Below are positions 37,232-46,141 of a stretch of 64,000 nucleotides of DNA, piece by piece. Each line of letters starts with the position of its first letter. Position 1 is the stretch's first letter. This DNA comes from Eubacteriales bacterium. Lineage in GTDB: Bacteria; Bacillota; Clostridia; Oscillospirales; CAG-382. The stretch spans positions 5,560-69,559 of the forward strand of contig JAZNPH010000045.1 of assembly GCA_045589515.1 (NCBI GenBank), written 5' to 3'. Below the pieces are notes generated by a model. The model searched no databases and was not told where the DNA came from. It saw only the letters and a program-made list of their open reading frames with translations. The translations under genes were made by a program, and so were the position numbers.

Positions 37232-38452
37232 TCATGCCGCACTGCCGAGCGCATCGTACATGGAGAACATGGGGAGCAAAATAGAACATACAACGATACC
37301 GACGATAGCAGCCATAACCAAAATAATAGCGGGTTCAAGAGCGGCGAGCAATGCCTTGGTTGCAGCCTCTACCTCCTCGTCGTAATAATCAGCGAGTCGA
37401 TCGAGCATCTCCTCCAGGTCGCCGGTTTCCTCGCCAATACCGGTCATGTGGTAAACCATGGGAGGGAACAAGCCATTGGACTCCAAAGGTACGGAAAGGT
37501 TCGCACCGGCAGCCGCTTCGTCACGGCAGAAAAGAACCGCCTCTTTGAAGTAGATATTATTCATATTTTTCGCAGTGATCTCCAAAGAATCGAGCATAGG
37601 AAGACCGGAGGAGGTCAACGTGCTCAAAGTTCTTGCAAAATTAGCGCTTGCACTCTTGACTGTCATATCGCCAAACAGCGGGAGCTTCATCACAATTTTT
37701 CCAAAGAAGTGTCTCCCTTTGTCGGTTTTCGAAAACATAACCAGCAGGCAAACCACGGCAAATATGCCCAGGAACAACTTCCACCAATGGGCAACCATCC
37801 AGTCGGAGAAGCCCATGACGATCTTTGTAATGAAAGGAAGATCCATGCCCATATCTTCAAAAACACCCGTAAAAGCAGGGATAACCATGACCATCATAAT
37901 CGCGACAACTACAACCACGACAACCAAAACGATCGTAGGATAAACCATAGCTTTTTTGACTGCACCCTTTACACGGGAACCCTTTTCGAAGTGATCCGCA
38001 AGACGGGAAAACGCCTTTTCCAAATTACCGGATGCTTCTCCCGCAGCAACCATGTTGATCATCATCGCAGGAAAAATATCGGGAGAATGAAGACGCATAG
38101 CGTCAGAAAGAGATTCACCCTTTTCGATCTGTGCATGAGTATCCAAAATCGCTTTCTTCAGACGAACATTTTGTGTCTGAGAAGCCAGCATGGTCAATGC
38201 TGCAAAAATAGGAATGCCGGCGCTGACAATACTCACAAACTGACGGCAGAAAACCCCCAGATCACGAGCTTTGACACGATTCAAAAACGGAAGATCAATA
38301 TCCTTTGTCAAAAGCCCCTGTTCCTTCAGCTCGATGGCGGTCAGATCACTGCGCTTCAAAAATGCGCGAGCTTGCTCCAGATCTTCCGCCTCGATACTGC
38401 CTTTTTTAATTTTACCAAGCGGGTTTACCGCAACATAACCGTAAGAAGGCAT
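37232..38452 (-). CDS. pilC: type IV pilus platform protein PilC (T2SS-F family)
   Basis: 406 aa with two T2SSF repeats and three TM helices. N-terminus YGYVAVNPLGKIKKGSIEAEDLEQARAFLK is typical. Confidence 0.92.
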   Translation of the reverse strand: MPSYGYVAVNPLGKIKKGSIEAEDLEQARAFLKRSDLTAIELKEQGLLTKDIDLPFLNRVKARDLGVFCRQFVSIVSAGIPIFAALTMLASQTQNVRLKKAILDTHAQIEKGESLSDAMRLHSPDIFPAMMINMVAAGEASGNLEKAFSRLADHFEKGSRVKGAVKKAMVYPTIVLVVVVVVVAIMMVMVIPAFTGVFEDMGMDLPFITKIVMGFSDWMVAHWWKLFLGIFAVVCLLVMFSKTDKGRHFFGKIVMKLPLFGDMTVKSASANFARTLSTLTSSGLPMLDSLEITAKNMNNIYFKEAVLFCRDEAAAGANLSVPLESNGLFPPMVYHMTGIGEETGDLEEMLDRLADYYDEEVEAATKALLAALEPAIILVMAAIVGIVVCSILLPMFSMYDALGSAA

Positions 38453-38473
38453 TTTTCACCTCGGTAACGAATA

Positions 38474-39535
38474 TCAAATGTTCATGATCTTTTTTTGTAA
38501 CGTAATGGGGTCGTGGGCAAAATCTACTGCCGTATTCAGGGAAATACGGCGCTGAAGGTACAACTCAGACAAATGATCATCCATTGTTTGCATCCCAAGT
38601 TTTTTACCGGTTTGAATATTGGAAGTGATCTGGAAGGTCTTATTCTCACGGATCAAATTACGAATGGCATTGGTTGCAACCATCACTTCGAAAGCCGCCT
38701 CTCGCTTACCATCTACGGTAGGCACCAGACTCTGACATAGAATGCATTCGATGGCATTGGCAAACTGGATGCGAATCTGCTGTTGTTGTTCCTCAGGGAA
38801 CGCGTCGATTACACGGTCCACGGTGGCCGCCGCACTGTTGGTATGTAAGGTAGCCAAAACCAAGTGGCCTGTCTCCGCCGCGGTTATGGCAGTGGAAATG
38901 GTTTCAAGGTCACGCATTTCTCCCACCAAAATAACATCGGGATCCTGACGCAAAGCGGCACGAAGAGCTGCGGAAAATGTTTTTGTATCCACGCCGATCT
39001 CTCTCTGATGGATGATAGACTGGATGTGAGGATGCACAAACTCTACCGGGTCTTCCAAGGTAACGATATGCTTTTTATAATTGCTGTTCAAGTAATTGAT
39101 CACAGCAGCAAGCGTCGTGGACTTACCGCTACCCGTAGGCCCTGTAACTAAGATCAACCCGCGCTTTTTGCAGGATGACTTCACCACCGCATCGGGGACC
39201 TTTGTTTCCTCGATGGTAGGCATTTTAACAGGAAGCAAACGCAAAGCCAAGGCGTAATTGCCTCGTTCATGATAAATGTTGCATCTTAATCGGGATAGCC
39301 CCTCAAAAGAATACGCAAAGTCCACTTCCCCGTCTCTTTCCAAAACGGAGCGGGTACGAGCATCCATGATCTCCTCCGCGCAAGAGATCACGTCTCTCTC
39401 GGTCAAGATCTCATCGTTCCAAAAAATCAGTTCACCGGAACAGCGGAACTGGATTGGTCTCCCCACAGAAATATGAATATCCGAAGCTTTTGCTTCCAAA
39501 GCACCTAAAATGGCGCCCCTCATTCGTTCAGCCAT
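38474..39535 (-). CDS. pilT: twitching-motility retraction ATPase PilT
   Basis: 353 aa. ASDIHI, Walker A GPTGSGKSTT, Asp box, Walker B ILVGEMRD, His box ATLHTNSA. Confidence 0.93.
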   Translation of the reverse strand: MAERMRGAILGALEAKASDIHISVGRPIQFRCSGELIFWNDEILTERDVISCAEEIMDARTRSVLERDGEVDFAYSFEGLSRLRCNIYHERGNYALALRLLPVKMPTIEETKVPDAVVKSSCKKRGLILVTGPTGSGKSTTLAAVINYLNSNYKKHIVTLEDPVEFVHPHIQSIIHQREIGVDTKTFSAALRAALRQDPDVILVGEMRDLETISTAITAAETGHLVLATLHTNSAAATVDRVIDAFPEEQQQQIRIQFANAIECILCQSLVPTVDGKREAAFEVMVATNAIRNLIRENKTFQITSNIQTGKKLGMQTMDDHLSELYLQRRISLNTAVDFAHDPITLQKKIMNI

Positions 39536-39580
39536 ATACTCTAAAGCCTTTCTTTTCTTCCAAACACAAATAAAGCGAGA

Positions 39581-41269
39581 TCAATCCTCGAAGGAAACGT
39601 TCAAGGATTCTCTGAAAGAGGTAATCCCCTCCAAAGCAAGTCGGATAGCACTTGCGCGAAGCGTGCTCATTCCGTTTGCAACGGCAGCCTTCTTAATGGT
39701 GTTGGCATTTTCCTTGCGGGAGATCATATATTTGATTTCCGGCGTAACTTCAAGGATCTCGTATACACCGATACGACCTGTAAAACCGGTCTGGTTGCAT
39801 CTCTGACAACCGACGGATTCGTACAACTCCACCTTACTGTCTGCAGGAAGCCCCATAAAGGCAAGCTCGTTGGGTTCCGCAAATTTCTTCTTCTTGCAGT
39901 GAGGGCACAAGCGGCGAACAAGTCGCTGTGCGATGATGCCCACCACAGAGTCTGCGATCAAATAACTGTCCACACCCATATCCAAAAGACGGGTAATGGA
40001 GCTCGCGGAGCTGTTGGTATGCAAGGTGCTGACCACCAAGTGACCTGTAATGGACGCTTGTACGGCGATCATTGCGGTCTCTGTATCACGAATCTCACCA
40101 ATCATGATAATATCCGGGTCCTGACGCAAAATGGAACGCAGTGCGTTAGCGAAGGTCATATCTGCCTTGGTGTTGACCTGAACCTGGTTGATGCCGTCGA
40201 TATTGGCCTCCACAGGGTCCTCGACGGTGATAATATTGGTGCTCTCGGCATTCAATTCACTCAAAGCGGTGTACAGAGTAGTGGACTTACCACTACCCGT
40301 AGGCCCGGTAATCAAAACGATGCCGTGGGGATGAGCCAGCAGATGGTCAAACTTTACAAGCTCGTCATCCGAGAAGCCAAGCAATCTTTTATCTCTGGTA
40401 AAATCTTGCTTTACCTGCAAACGAAGCACACACTTTTCGCCAAATACTGTGGGAAGGCAGGAAACACGGATGTCGTATTCCCGGTGATCCACAATGTAGG
40501 TAGCACGACCATCTTGAGGCTTACGCTTTTCCGAAATATCCATACCGCTGATGATCTTGATACGGGCAATAATGGCGGAAGCCAGCTGAGAAGCATACTT
40601 CACACGATTATACAGCACACCGTCGATTCGATAGCGAACACGAACGGATTCAGCAAGAGCTTCCACATGAATATCCGAAGCTCGCTGACGGGCAGCTTGC
40701 TCGATCATGGAGTTGACGATAACGACAATAGGAGAATTATTGATCTCATCTACCCTGTCATCCTCGGCCTCTTGGTTCATTTTTTCCCGCTCTTTGGTAT
40801 ACTGCTCAGCTACAGATAGGGTAGCGTTCCTGCCATAATAACGGTCAATCGCCGACATGATGTCCGTAGGCGTGGATACGTAAGGTTCAACGTGCATTCC
40901 CGTCACGATAGAAATATCGTCGATGGCGGTAATATTCATGGGATCAGAGATGGCTACGTACAACGTATTGGTGCCATCCTGAGCATACGCAAAAGGCATC
41001 ACACGATGACGGCGAAGAACAGAATACTCAACGAGAGACTGGATATCTTCTGCAATCTGCAAACCATTCAACACCACCATGGGTGCATCGTACTTCGCAG
41101 CGATCGCTTCCGCAAGCTGGGTTTCGTTTGCCAACCCACGCTCCAAAATGGTATCGTATTCGCTTTTCCCCGTTTCGGAAACCAACGCAAGAACCTCGTT
41201 TGCCGCTTCTGCGGATACAACGAGATGGTCCTGCAATATTTCGATCAAATGTTTTTTCTGGCTGTTCAT
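39581..41269 (-). CDS. pilB: type IV pilus assembly ATPase PilB (GspE family)
   Basis: 562 aa. N-terminal GSPII_E_N-like domain, Walker A GPTGSGKSTT, IMIGEIRD, tetracysteine CPHCK...CQRC. Confidence 0.93.
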   Translation of the reverse strand: MNSQKKHLIEILQDHLVVSAEAANEVLALVSETGKSEYDTILERGLANETQLAEAIAAKYDAPMVVLNGLQIAEDIQSLVEYSVLRRHRVMPFAYAQDGTNTLYVAISDPMNITAIDDISIVTGMHVEPYVSTPTDIMSAIDRYYGRNATLSVAEQYTKEREKMNQEAEDDRVDEINNSPIVVIVNSMIEQAARQRASDIHVEALAESVRVRYRIDGVLYNRVKYASQLASAIIARIKIISGMDISEKRKPQDGRATYIVDHREYDIRVSCLPTVFGEKCVLRLQVKQDFTRDKRLLGFSDDELVKFDHLLAHPHGIVLITGPTGSGKSTTLYTALSELNAESTNIITVEDPVEANIDGINQVQVNTKADMTFANALRSILRQDPDIIMIGEIRDTETAMIAVQASITGHLVVSTLHTNSSASSITRLLDMGVDSYLIADSVVGIIAQRLVRRLCPHCKKKKFAEPNELAFMGLPADSKVELYESVGCQRCNQTGFTGRIGVYEILEVTPEIKYMISRKENANTIKKAAVANGMSTLRASAIRLALEGITSFRESLNVSFED

Positions 41270-41338
41270 TCAGAGAACTCCTCTCTTGGGAATTCGTACA
41301 TGTGCACAAATAAACCCAAGATAAAATAATACGTTTAC

Positions 41339-41367
41339 ATTATATCCGAACAGATTCCCAAAGTCAA
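41339..41367 (-). promoter_or_regulatory. consensus sigma-A promoter upstream of pilB
   Basis: Minus strand: TTGACT (41367-41362), 17-nt spacer, TATAAT (41344-41339), about 70 nt upstream of the pilB ATG. AGAGGAG Shine-Dalgarno precedes the ATG. Confidence 0.6.
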
Positions 41368-41430
41368 GTTAAAAGAATGTAAAATATAGATTGTTTCAGG
41401 AAAAAACGTATTATTTACACGGTTTTTATA

Positions 41431-41463
41431 CAAAAAGAAAAGCGGCAATCAATGATTACCGCT
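41431..41463 (-). terminator. intrinsic terminator after the decarboxylase operon
   Basis: Minus strand: agcgg-taatcattgatt-gccgct followed by tttctttttg, 20 nt after the stop at 41484. Confidence 0.55.
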
Positions 41464-41483
41464 CTTGCAATTTGACATTGAAA

Positions 41484-42899
41484 TTACTTAACTTCTTTGA
41501 TGTTTACGAAGTACTTGGCTTCTGCATCGGAGAGGGCTTCTGCGATCTTAGAATCGGTATCGCGACGATCAAAGAACTTCATGGCAACCTGCTCGAACAG
41601 AGCATAGGAGAGAACATCCTCTTCCTGCTTTGCCTTGTCGCCCAGTTTTGCCTTGAGGTTCTCAAGCTCGGGCTTGATATTATCAGCGGGACGGCAGGTG
41701 ATCTGCTGTTCATCGCCGATGATCTTCTTAACAAAAGCGGGATCGATGGGCAGAGGAGTCTTACCGTAGTCACCGCGAACCAGGCCCTTGAACTCCTTGG
41801 TTACGGACTTATAACGCTCGCCGGTGAGCACGTTGAACACTGCCTGAGTACCGACGATCTGAGAGGAAGGAGTAACCAGAGGAGGATAACCTGCATCTGC
41901 ACGAACGCGAGGAACCTCTTCCAGAACCTGCTCCAGCTTATCGGACTGGTTAGCCTGCTTCAGCTGAGAGATCAGGTTGGACAGCATGCCGCCGGGAACC
42001 TGGTACAGAAGGGCGTTTACGTCTACCTTCAGCACCTTGGGATCCAACTGGCCGCTGGCAAGATACTTCTCACGCAGCTTGCTGAAGTGCTTGCTTACCA
42101 CGTCCAGCTTGTTCAGATCCAGACCGGTATCGAAAGGAGTGCCCTGGAGTGCGGCTACCAGAGGCTCGGTGGGAGCCTGGGAGGTGCCCAAAGACATGGG
42201 AGCGATGGCAGTATCCACAACGTCTACGCCAGCTTCAATGGCCTTCAGAATGGTCATGGAAGCAACGCCGGCGGTGTAGTGGGTATGAAGCTGTACAGGA
42301 ACCTTAACAACGGACTTGATGGCCTTTACCAGGTCATAAGCGTCGTAAGGCAGAAGCAGACCGGACATATCCTTGATACAGATGGAGTCTGCACCCATTT
42401 CCTCCAGAGTCTTCGCATACTTTGCATAGTACTCGTTGGTGAACACGGGACCGGTGGTGTAGGAGATAGCCGCCTGAACGTGGCCGCCTTCCTTCTTGGT
42501 AGCCTTGATGGCAGTCTGCAGGTTGCGGGGGTCGTTCAGAGCATCGAAAATACGCAGAATGTCGATACCGTTTGCGATGGACTTCTGTACGAAGTATTCA
42601 ACGACGTCATCGGCATAGTGACGATAGCCAAGGATGTTCTGGCCGCGGAACAGCATCTGCAGCTTAGTATTCTTTACATGGTCGCGGATGGTGCGGAGAC
42701 GATCCCAGGGATCCTCGTTCAAGAAACGGAGGCAGGAGTCAAAGGTTGCGCCGCCCCAAGCTTCGAGAGAGTGATAACCGACCTTATCCATTTCGTCCAG
42801 GATGGGAAGCATCTCATCCATGGTCATACGGGTAGCGATCAGGGACTGGTGAGAGTCACGCAGTACGGTTTCTGTAATCTTAACAGGTCTTTTTTCCAT
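41484..42899 (-). CDS. oxaloacetate decarboxylase alpha / carboxyltransferase 5S-type subunit (no fused biotinyl domain)
   Basis: ITETVLRDSHQSLIATRMT...LEAWGGATFD...RGQNILGYRHY is the PycB/OadA TIM-barrel signature. At 471 aa the protein ends before any AMKM biotinyl motif. Confidence 0.88.
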   Translation of the reverse strand: MEKRPVKITETVLRDSHQSLIATRMTMDEMLPILDEMDKVGYHSLEAWGGATFDSCLRFLNEDPWDRLRTIRDHVKNTKLQMLFRGQNILGYRHYADDVVEYFVQKSIANGIDILRIFDALNDPRNLQTAIKATKKEGGHVQAAISYTTGPVFTNEYYAKYAKTLEEMGADSICIKDMSGLLLPYDAYDLVKAIKSVVKVPVQLHTHYTAGVASMTILKAIEAGVDVVDTAIAPMSLGTSQAPTEPLVAALQGTPFDTGLDLNKLDVVSKHFSKLREKYLASGQLDPKVLKVDVNALLYQVPGGMLSNLISQLKQANQSDKLEQVLEEVPRVRADAGYPPLVTPSSQIVGTQAVFNVLTGERYKSVTKEFKGLVRGDYGKTPLPIDPAFVKKIIGDEQQITCRPADNIKPELENLKAKLGDKAKQEEDVLSYALFEQVAMKFFDRRDTDSKIAEALSDAEAKYFVNIKEVK

Positions 42900-42919
42900 A
42901 TATCAGTACCGCCTTTCAA

Positions 42920-44116
42920 TTACTTAAACAGGGTAAGGAAGACGCCGGCTGCAACTGCAGAACCGATAACGCCTGCCACGTTGGGGCCCATGGCGTGCAT
43001 CAGAAGGAAGTTGGAAGGATTCGCCTCCTGGCCAACCTTCTGGGCAACACGAGCTGCCATGGGAACAGCGGAAACACCCGCGGAGCCGATCAGAGGATTG
43101 ATCTTGCCGCCGGTAATAAAGCTCATCAGCTTGCCGAAGAGCACGCCTGCAAGGGTTGCAAACGCGAAGGCACACAGACCAAGAACGATGATGTACAGGG
43201 TCTTGGGATCCAGGAAGGTATCTGCCTTAGCAGTAGCACCGACGCAAACGCCCAGCATAATGGTGACGATGTTCATCAACTCGTTCTGAGCAGTCTTGGA
43301 AAGACGCTCGGTAACGCCGGAAACACGCAGCAGGTTACCCAGCATCAGCATACCAACCAGAGACAGAGCGGAGGGCAGGATGGCGGAAACCACCAGAGCT
43401 ACCACGATGGGGAAAATGATCTGCTCGGTCTTAGAAACGGGACGGAGCACGTCCATCTTGATCATACGCTCCTTCTTGGAGGTGAAGGCCTTCATAATAG
43501 GAGGCTGGATCATGGGAACCAATGCCATGTAGGAGTATGCGGCAACGGCGATAGCGCCCAACAGAGCGGGAGCCAGGGTCTTGGTTACGTAGATCGCAGT
43601 AGGACCGTCTGCACCACCGATGATACCGATGGATGCGGCCTCGGGAACGGTAAAGCCAAGGAGCAAAGCGCCGATAAATGCGGCAAATACGCCGAACTGA
43701 GCAGCCGCGCCCAAAAGCAAGCTCTTGGGGTTTGCGATCAGGGGGCTGAAGTCGGTCATTGCACCGACGCCCAGGAAGATCAGCGGAGGGAAGATACCCA
43801 GCTTAACGCCCAGGTACAGGTAGTCCAGCAAGCCGCCGTGAGCACCAAGCTCTGCCCAGTTGATCACAGCGCCATTGTCCTGAACGAAGAACTCCATGTG
43901 GAAGATAGCATCGCTGAGGGTGGGAATGTTGGTCAACAGCATACCGAACGCGATGGGCAACAGCAACAGGGGCTCGAACTTACGGACGATACCCAAGTAG
44001 AACAGAACAGCCACAATGGCATACATAACGAGATATTTCCAGCCGCCGTCCATAAAGCCGTCGATGATATAGCTAAATGCGGAGGACTCGTAAATACCCT
44101 TCAAAGCTTCTAACAT
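42920..44116 (-). CDS. Na+-translocating decarboxylase beta subunit
   Basis: 398-aa polytopic protein (OadB/GcdB/MmdB family) with ...[13 protein letters not shown]...[10 protein letters not shown].... Confidence 0.92.
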   Translation of the reverse strand: MLEALKGIYESSAFSYIIDGFMDGGWKYLVMYAIVAVLFYLGIVRKFEPLLLLPIAFGMLLTNIPTLSDAIFHMEFFVQDNGAVINWAELGAHGGLLDYLYLGVKLGIFPPLIFLGVGAMTDFSPLIANPKSLLLGAAAQFGVFAAFIGALLLGFTVPEAASIGIIGGADGPTAIYVTKTLAPALLGAIAVAAYSYMALVPMIQPPIMKAFTSKKERMIKMDVLRPVSKTEQIIFPIVVALVVSAILPSALSLVGMLMLGNLLRVSGVTERLSKTAQNELMNIVTIMLGVCVGATAKADTFLDPKTLYIIVLGLCAFAFATLAGVLFGKLMSFITGGKINPLIGSAGVSAVPMAARVAQKVGQEANPSNFLLMHAMGPNVAGVIGSAVAAGVFLTLFK

Positions 44117-44161
44117 TCTAATTTCACACCTTTCTCAATTGTTTCAAGCGAAGAAAGATGA

Positions 44162-44551
44162 TTAACCGAGAACCAGCAGAACGTCGCCGGAGTTAACGGT
44201 TGCGCCTTCGTTTACGTTTACGGAGTTTACAACGCCGTCACGGGGAGCCATAACCTCGTTCTCCATCTTCATAGCCTCGAAGATGCACAGAACGTCGCCC
44301 TTCTTAACAGCCTGGCCTGCCTTTACGGGAACCTTCACGATGGTACCGGGCATGGGGCAAGTGATGGATTCGCCTGCGCCTGCGGGAGCGGGTGCTGCTG
44401 CGGGAGCGGGTGCTGCTGCAGGTGCGGGTGCTGCTGCGGGAGCAGGAGCTGCTGCAGGTGCGGCTGCGGGAGCGTAGGTTGCGTTGGGATCAGCGTTTTC
44501 AACAACGACTTCGTACTTAACGCCGTTAACGGTTACAATGTATTTTTTCAT
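44162..44551 (-). CDS. biotin carboxyl carrier subunit of the decarboxylase
   Basis: MKKYIVTVNGVKYEVVVE, an Ala-Pro linker, then the biotinyl motif EAMKMENEV. Start moved to 44551 (MKKYIV) from the longest ORF. Confidence 0.88.
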   Translation of the reverse strand: MKKYIVTVNGVKYEVVVENADPNATYAPAAAPAAAPAPAAAPAPAAAPAPAAAPAPAGAGESITCPMPGTIVKVPVKAGQAVKKGDVLCIFEAMKMENEVMAPRDGVVNSVNVNEGATVNSGDVLLVLG

Positions 44552-44571
44552 TTTAATCAATCTCCTTAAAT

Positions 44572-45138
44572 TTATTGAAGTTTGGTGACAGAAATTACTT
44601 TGAATGCGCATTCGGACTCGCCGCGCTCTGCAGCAATGGCAGCAGTAGCAATGGCAACGATGAGCTGTTCATCGTCAGCGGCGGGAGCAACGGGTGCTGC
44701 AGGGGCGGGTGCGGGAGCAGCCTTGGGTGCTTCTGCAGGCTTCTTAGAGCCGGAAGTGGCGAACAGCTTGAACACGTACAGGATCGCCATGATCAAAATC
44801 AGAACCAAGAATACGACGGCCATACCGATACCGGCCACCTGTAAGCCATACATAAACTTTTCTCCGATAGGTGCATCGGGATCGATGTTAGCAAAGCCGC
44901 TGGAAAACTTGTCGACCTCTGCGGGAGCTGTAACGCTTTCCTCGGTTTGTGCGGCAGAAGATTCCGTTTCGACTTCGGCTTCCTCCGCGAAGGCCACGAC
45001 GCCGGTCATCGCCAGCAGTGCAAAAGCCAACACGCAAGTCAACAGAATCCGAAGGAACTTTCTGTTTTTCGTGCCTGAATCTCTGAGACTCAAGTTAACA
45101 CATCCTTTCTTTTTTCGGGCTGACCCACAGTCAGCCAT
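44572..45138 (-). CDS. OadG-family gamma subunit with an unusual N-terminal extension
   Basis: Core FMYGLQVAGIGMAVVFLVLILIMAILYVFKLF plus the C-terminal ...DDEQLIVAIATAAIAAE... is OadG-like. Start is uncertain: a TTG at 45093 follows AAAGGA by 9 nt and would give a signal-peptide-like N-terminus, and an internal ATG lies at 44853. Confidence 0.65.
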   Translation of the reverse strand: MADCGSARKKKGCVNLSLRDSGTKNRKFLRILLTCVLAFALLAMTGVVAFAEEAEVETESSAAQTEESVTAPAEVDKFSSGFANIDPDAPIGEKFMYGLQVAGIGMAVVFLVLILIMAILYVFKLFATSGSKKPAEAPKAAPAPAPAAPVAPAADDEQLIVAIATAAIAAERGESECAFKVISVTKLQ

Positions 45139-45423
45139 TTTATTTTTTTACGAAATAATAATACTCTAAAATTCATAAAAAATCAAGAGAATTTTCAAAT
45201 ATTTTCTAAAACTGTATTTTCCGCTTACAGAAACGATATTTGCCATAAAAATATGTGGGATATTCACAATCTCACACAATATATAGAATACCACTCCCCC
45301 GCCTCAAGCAAAATAATAATTATCCCCCCGTAAAACGGGGGGTATTTCATTTTCGGGCAAAGCCCTAAACGCTACTGGCTACGCACAAGTGCGTTTTAGA
45401 TTGGCCTGCCAGCCATGCAACTA

Positions 45424-45894
45424 TTACTTACTACCCGTAAACGGGTCCCGTGGGTCGAACATGCTCAACTGATCGCTTTCCTGATCCCGCTTCAACTGTT
45501 CTGATATGTATTTCTTGATTTCCTTCGTGTTCTTCCCCACGGTATCAACGTAATATCCCTTACACCAAAATTCGCGATTTCGGTATGCGAACTTCATGTT
45601 TCCCCATCTTTGGAATATCAGCAATGCGCTTTTTCCTTTCAAATAGCCCATGAATCCCGAAACGCTCATTTTGGGCGGGATACTCACCAGCAGATGTATG
45701 TGGTCAGGGCAAACTTCTCCCTCGATTATTTCTACACCTTTCCATTGGCATAATTGGCGAAGTATCTCTCTTATCTCCAAACGTTTCTCTTCAAAAAATA
45801 CTTTTCTTCGGTATTTTGGCGCAAATACAATATGGTACTTGCAATTCCATTTCGTATGTGCTAAACTACTTGTGTCTATGGCTTCTTTTTTCAT
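45424..45894 (-). CDS. tnpA: IS200/IS605-family Y1 (HUH) transposase TnpA
   Basis: WNCKYHIVFAPKYRRKVF (HUH motif region), PDHIHLLVSIPPK, the catalytic Tyr region GYYVDTVG. 156 aa. Confidence 0.92.
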   Translation of the reverse strand: MKKEAIDTSSLAHTKWNCKYHIVFAPKYRRKVFFEEKRLEIREILRQLCQWKGVEIIEGEVCPDHIHLLVSIPPKMSVSGFMGYLKGKSALLIFQRWGNMKFAYRNREFWCKGYYVDTVGKNTKEIKKYISEQLKRDQESDQLSMFDPRDPFTGSK

Positions 45895-45898
45895 AGAT

Positions 45899-45967
45899 AA
45901 ATCCTCCGATTGTGTTTTTTGTTTTCGACTGGCAGGTCAAATTCATTATATCACAATCGGAGGATTT
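45899..45967 (-). promoter_or_regulatory. 5'-UTR stem-loop sequestering the tnpA Shine-Dalgarno
   Basis: Perfect 16-bp stem aaatcctccgattgtg / cacaatcggaggattt (45899-45914 and 45952-45967). The GGAGGA SD (45902-45907, 7 nt before the ATG) lies in the 3' arm on the mRNA. Confidence 0.6.
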
Positions 45968-46029
45968 TTTCTCAACGGTTAACCTCTTTTGAACCACGCG
46001 ACTATCGCGTGGTTTTCGTTGTACAAAAA

Positions 46030-46066
46030 GCATCCCGGTCAGGTAGATCGGGATGCTTTGTTTTGG
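46030..46066 (-). terminator. intrinsic terminator of the 5'-nucleotidase gene
   Basis: Minus strand: gcatcccg-atctacctgac-cgggatgc followed by tttttgtac. The + strand also has a T-rich tail, so it may act in both directions. Confidence 0.7.
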
Positions 46067-46141
46067 CAAGAGAACTGCTTGCGGAAGAGCCTATGGGTTA
46101 AGAGCGAACCCTTTTTTCGAAAAAAGGAACGATTGGTGCTT

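Larger units (their letters stand above)
45300..46020 (-). mobile_element. IS200-type insertion sequence (IS200/IS605 family, tnpA only); boundaries approximate
   Basis: A Y1 transposase gene is flanked by sub-terminal hairpins: ccccccg-taaaa-cgggggg (45324-45342) and aaccacgcg-actat-cgcgtggtt (45992-46013). Inserted in an AT-rich intergenic region. Confidence 0.7.

Noticed and set aside
41391-43289. 632-aa + strand ORF across the decarboxylase alpha and beta genes (also 42995-44113, 372 aa)
   Set aside because: It is antisense to two genes with unmistakable family motifs, and the translation has no recognisable features.
44380-44470. Short tandem GC-rich repeats (gcgggagcgggtgctgctgc...), considered as a possible repeat array
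   Set aside because: They are in-frame and encode the Ala-Pro flexible linker of the biotin carrier protein. There are no spacers, so this is not a CRISPR array.
45100-45150. Hairpin ggctgac-ccac-agtcagcc followed by a T-run on the + strand, upstream of the OadG-like gene
   Set aside because: It is oriented as a + strand terminator, but no + strand gene precedes it. It overlaps the 5' end of the longest OadG ORF. It is probably incidental, or it supports the shorter TTG start, and is not reported as a feature.
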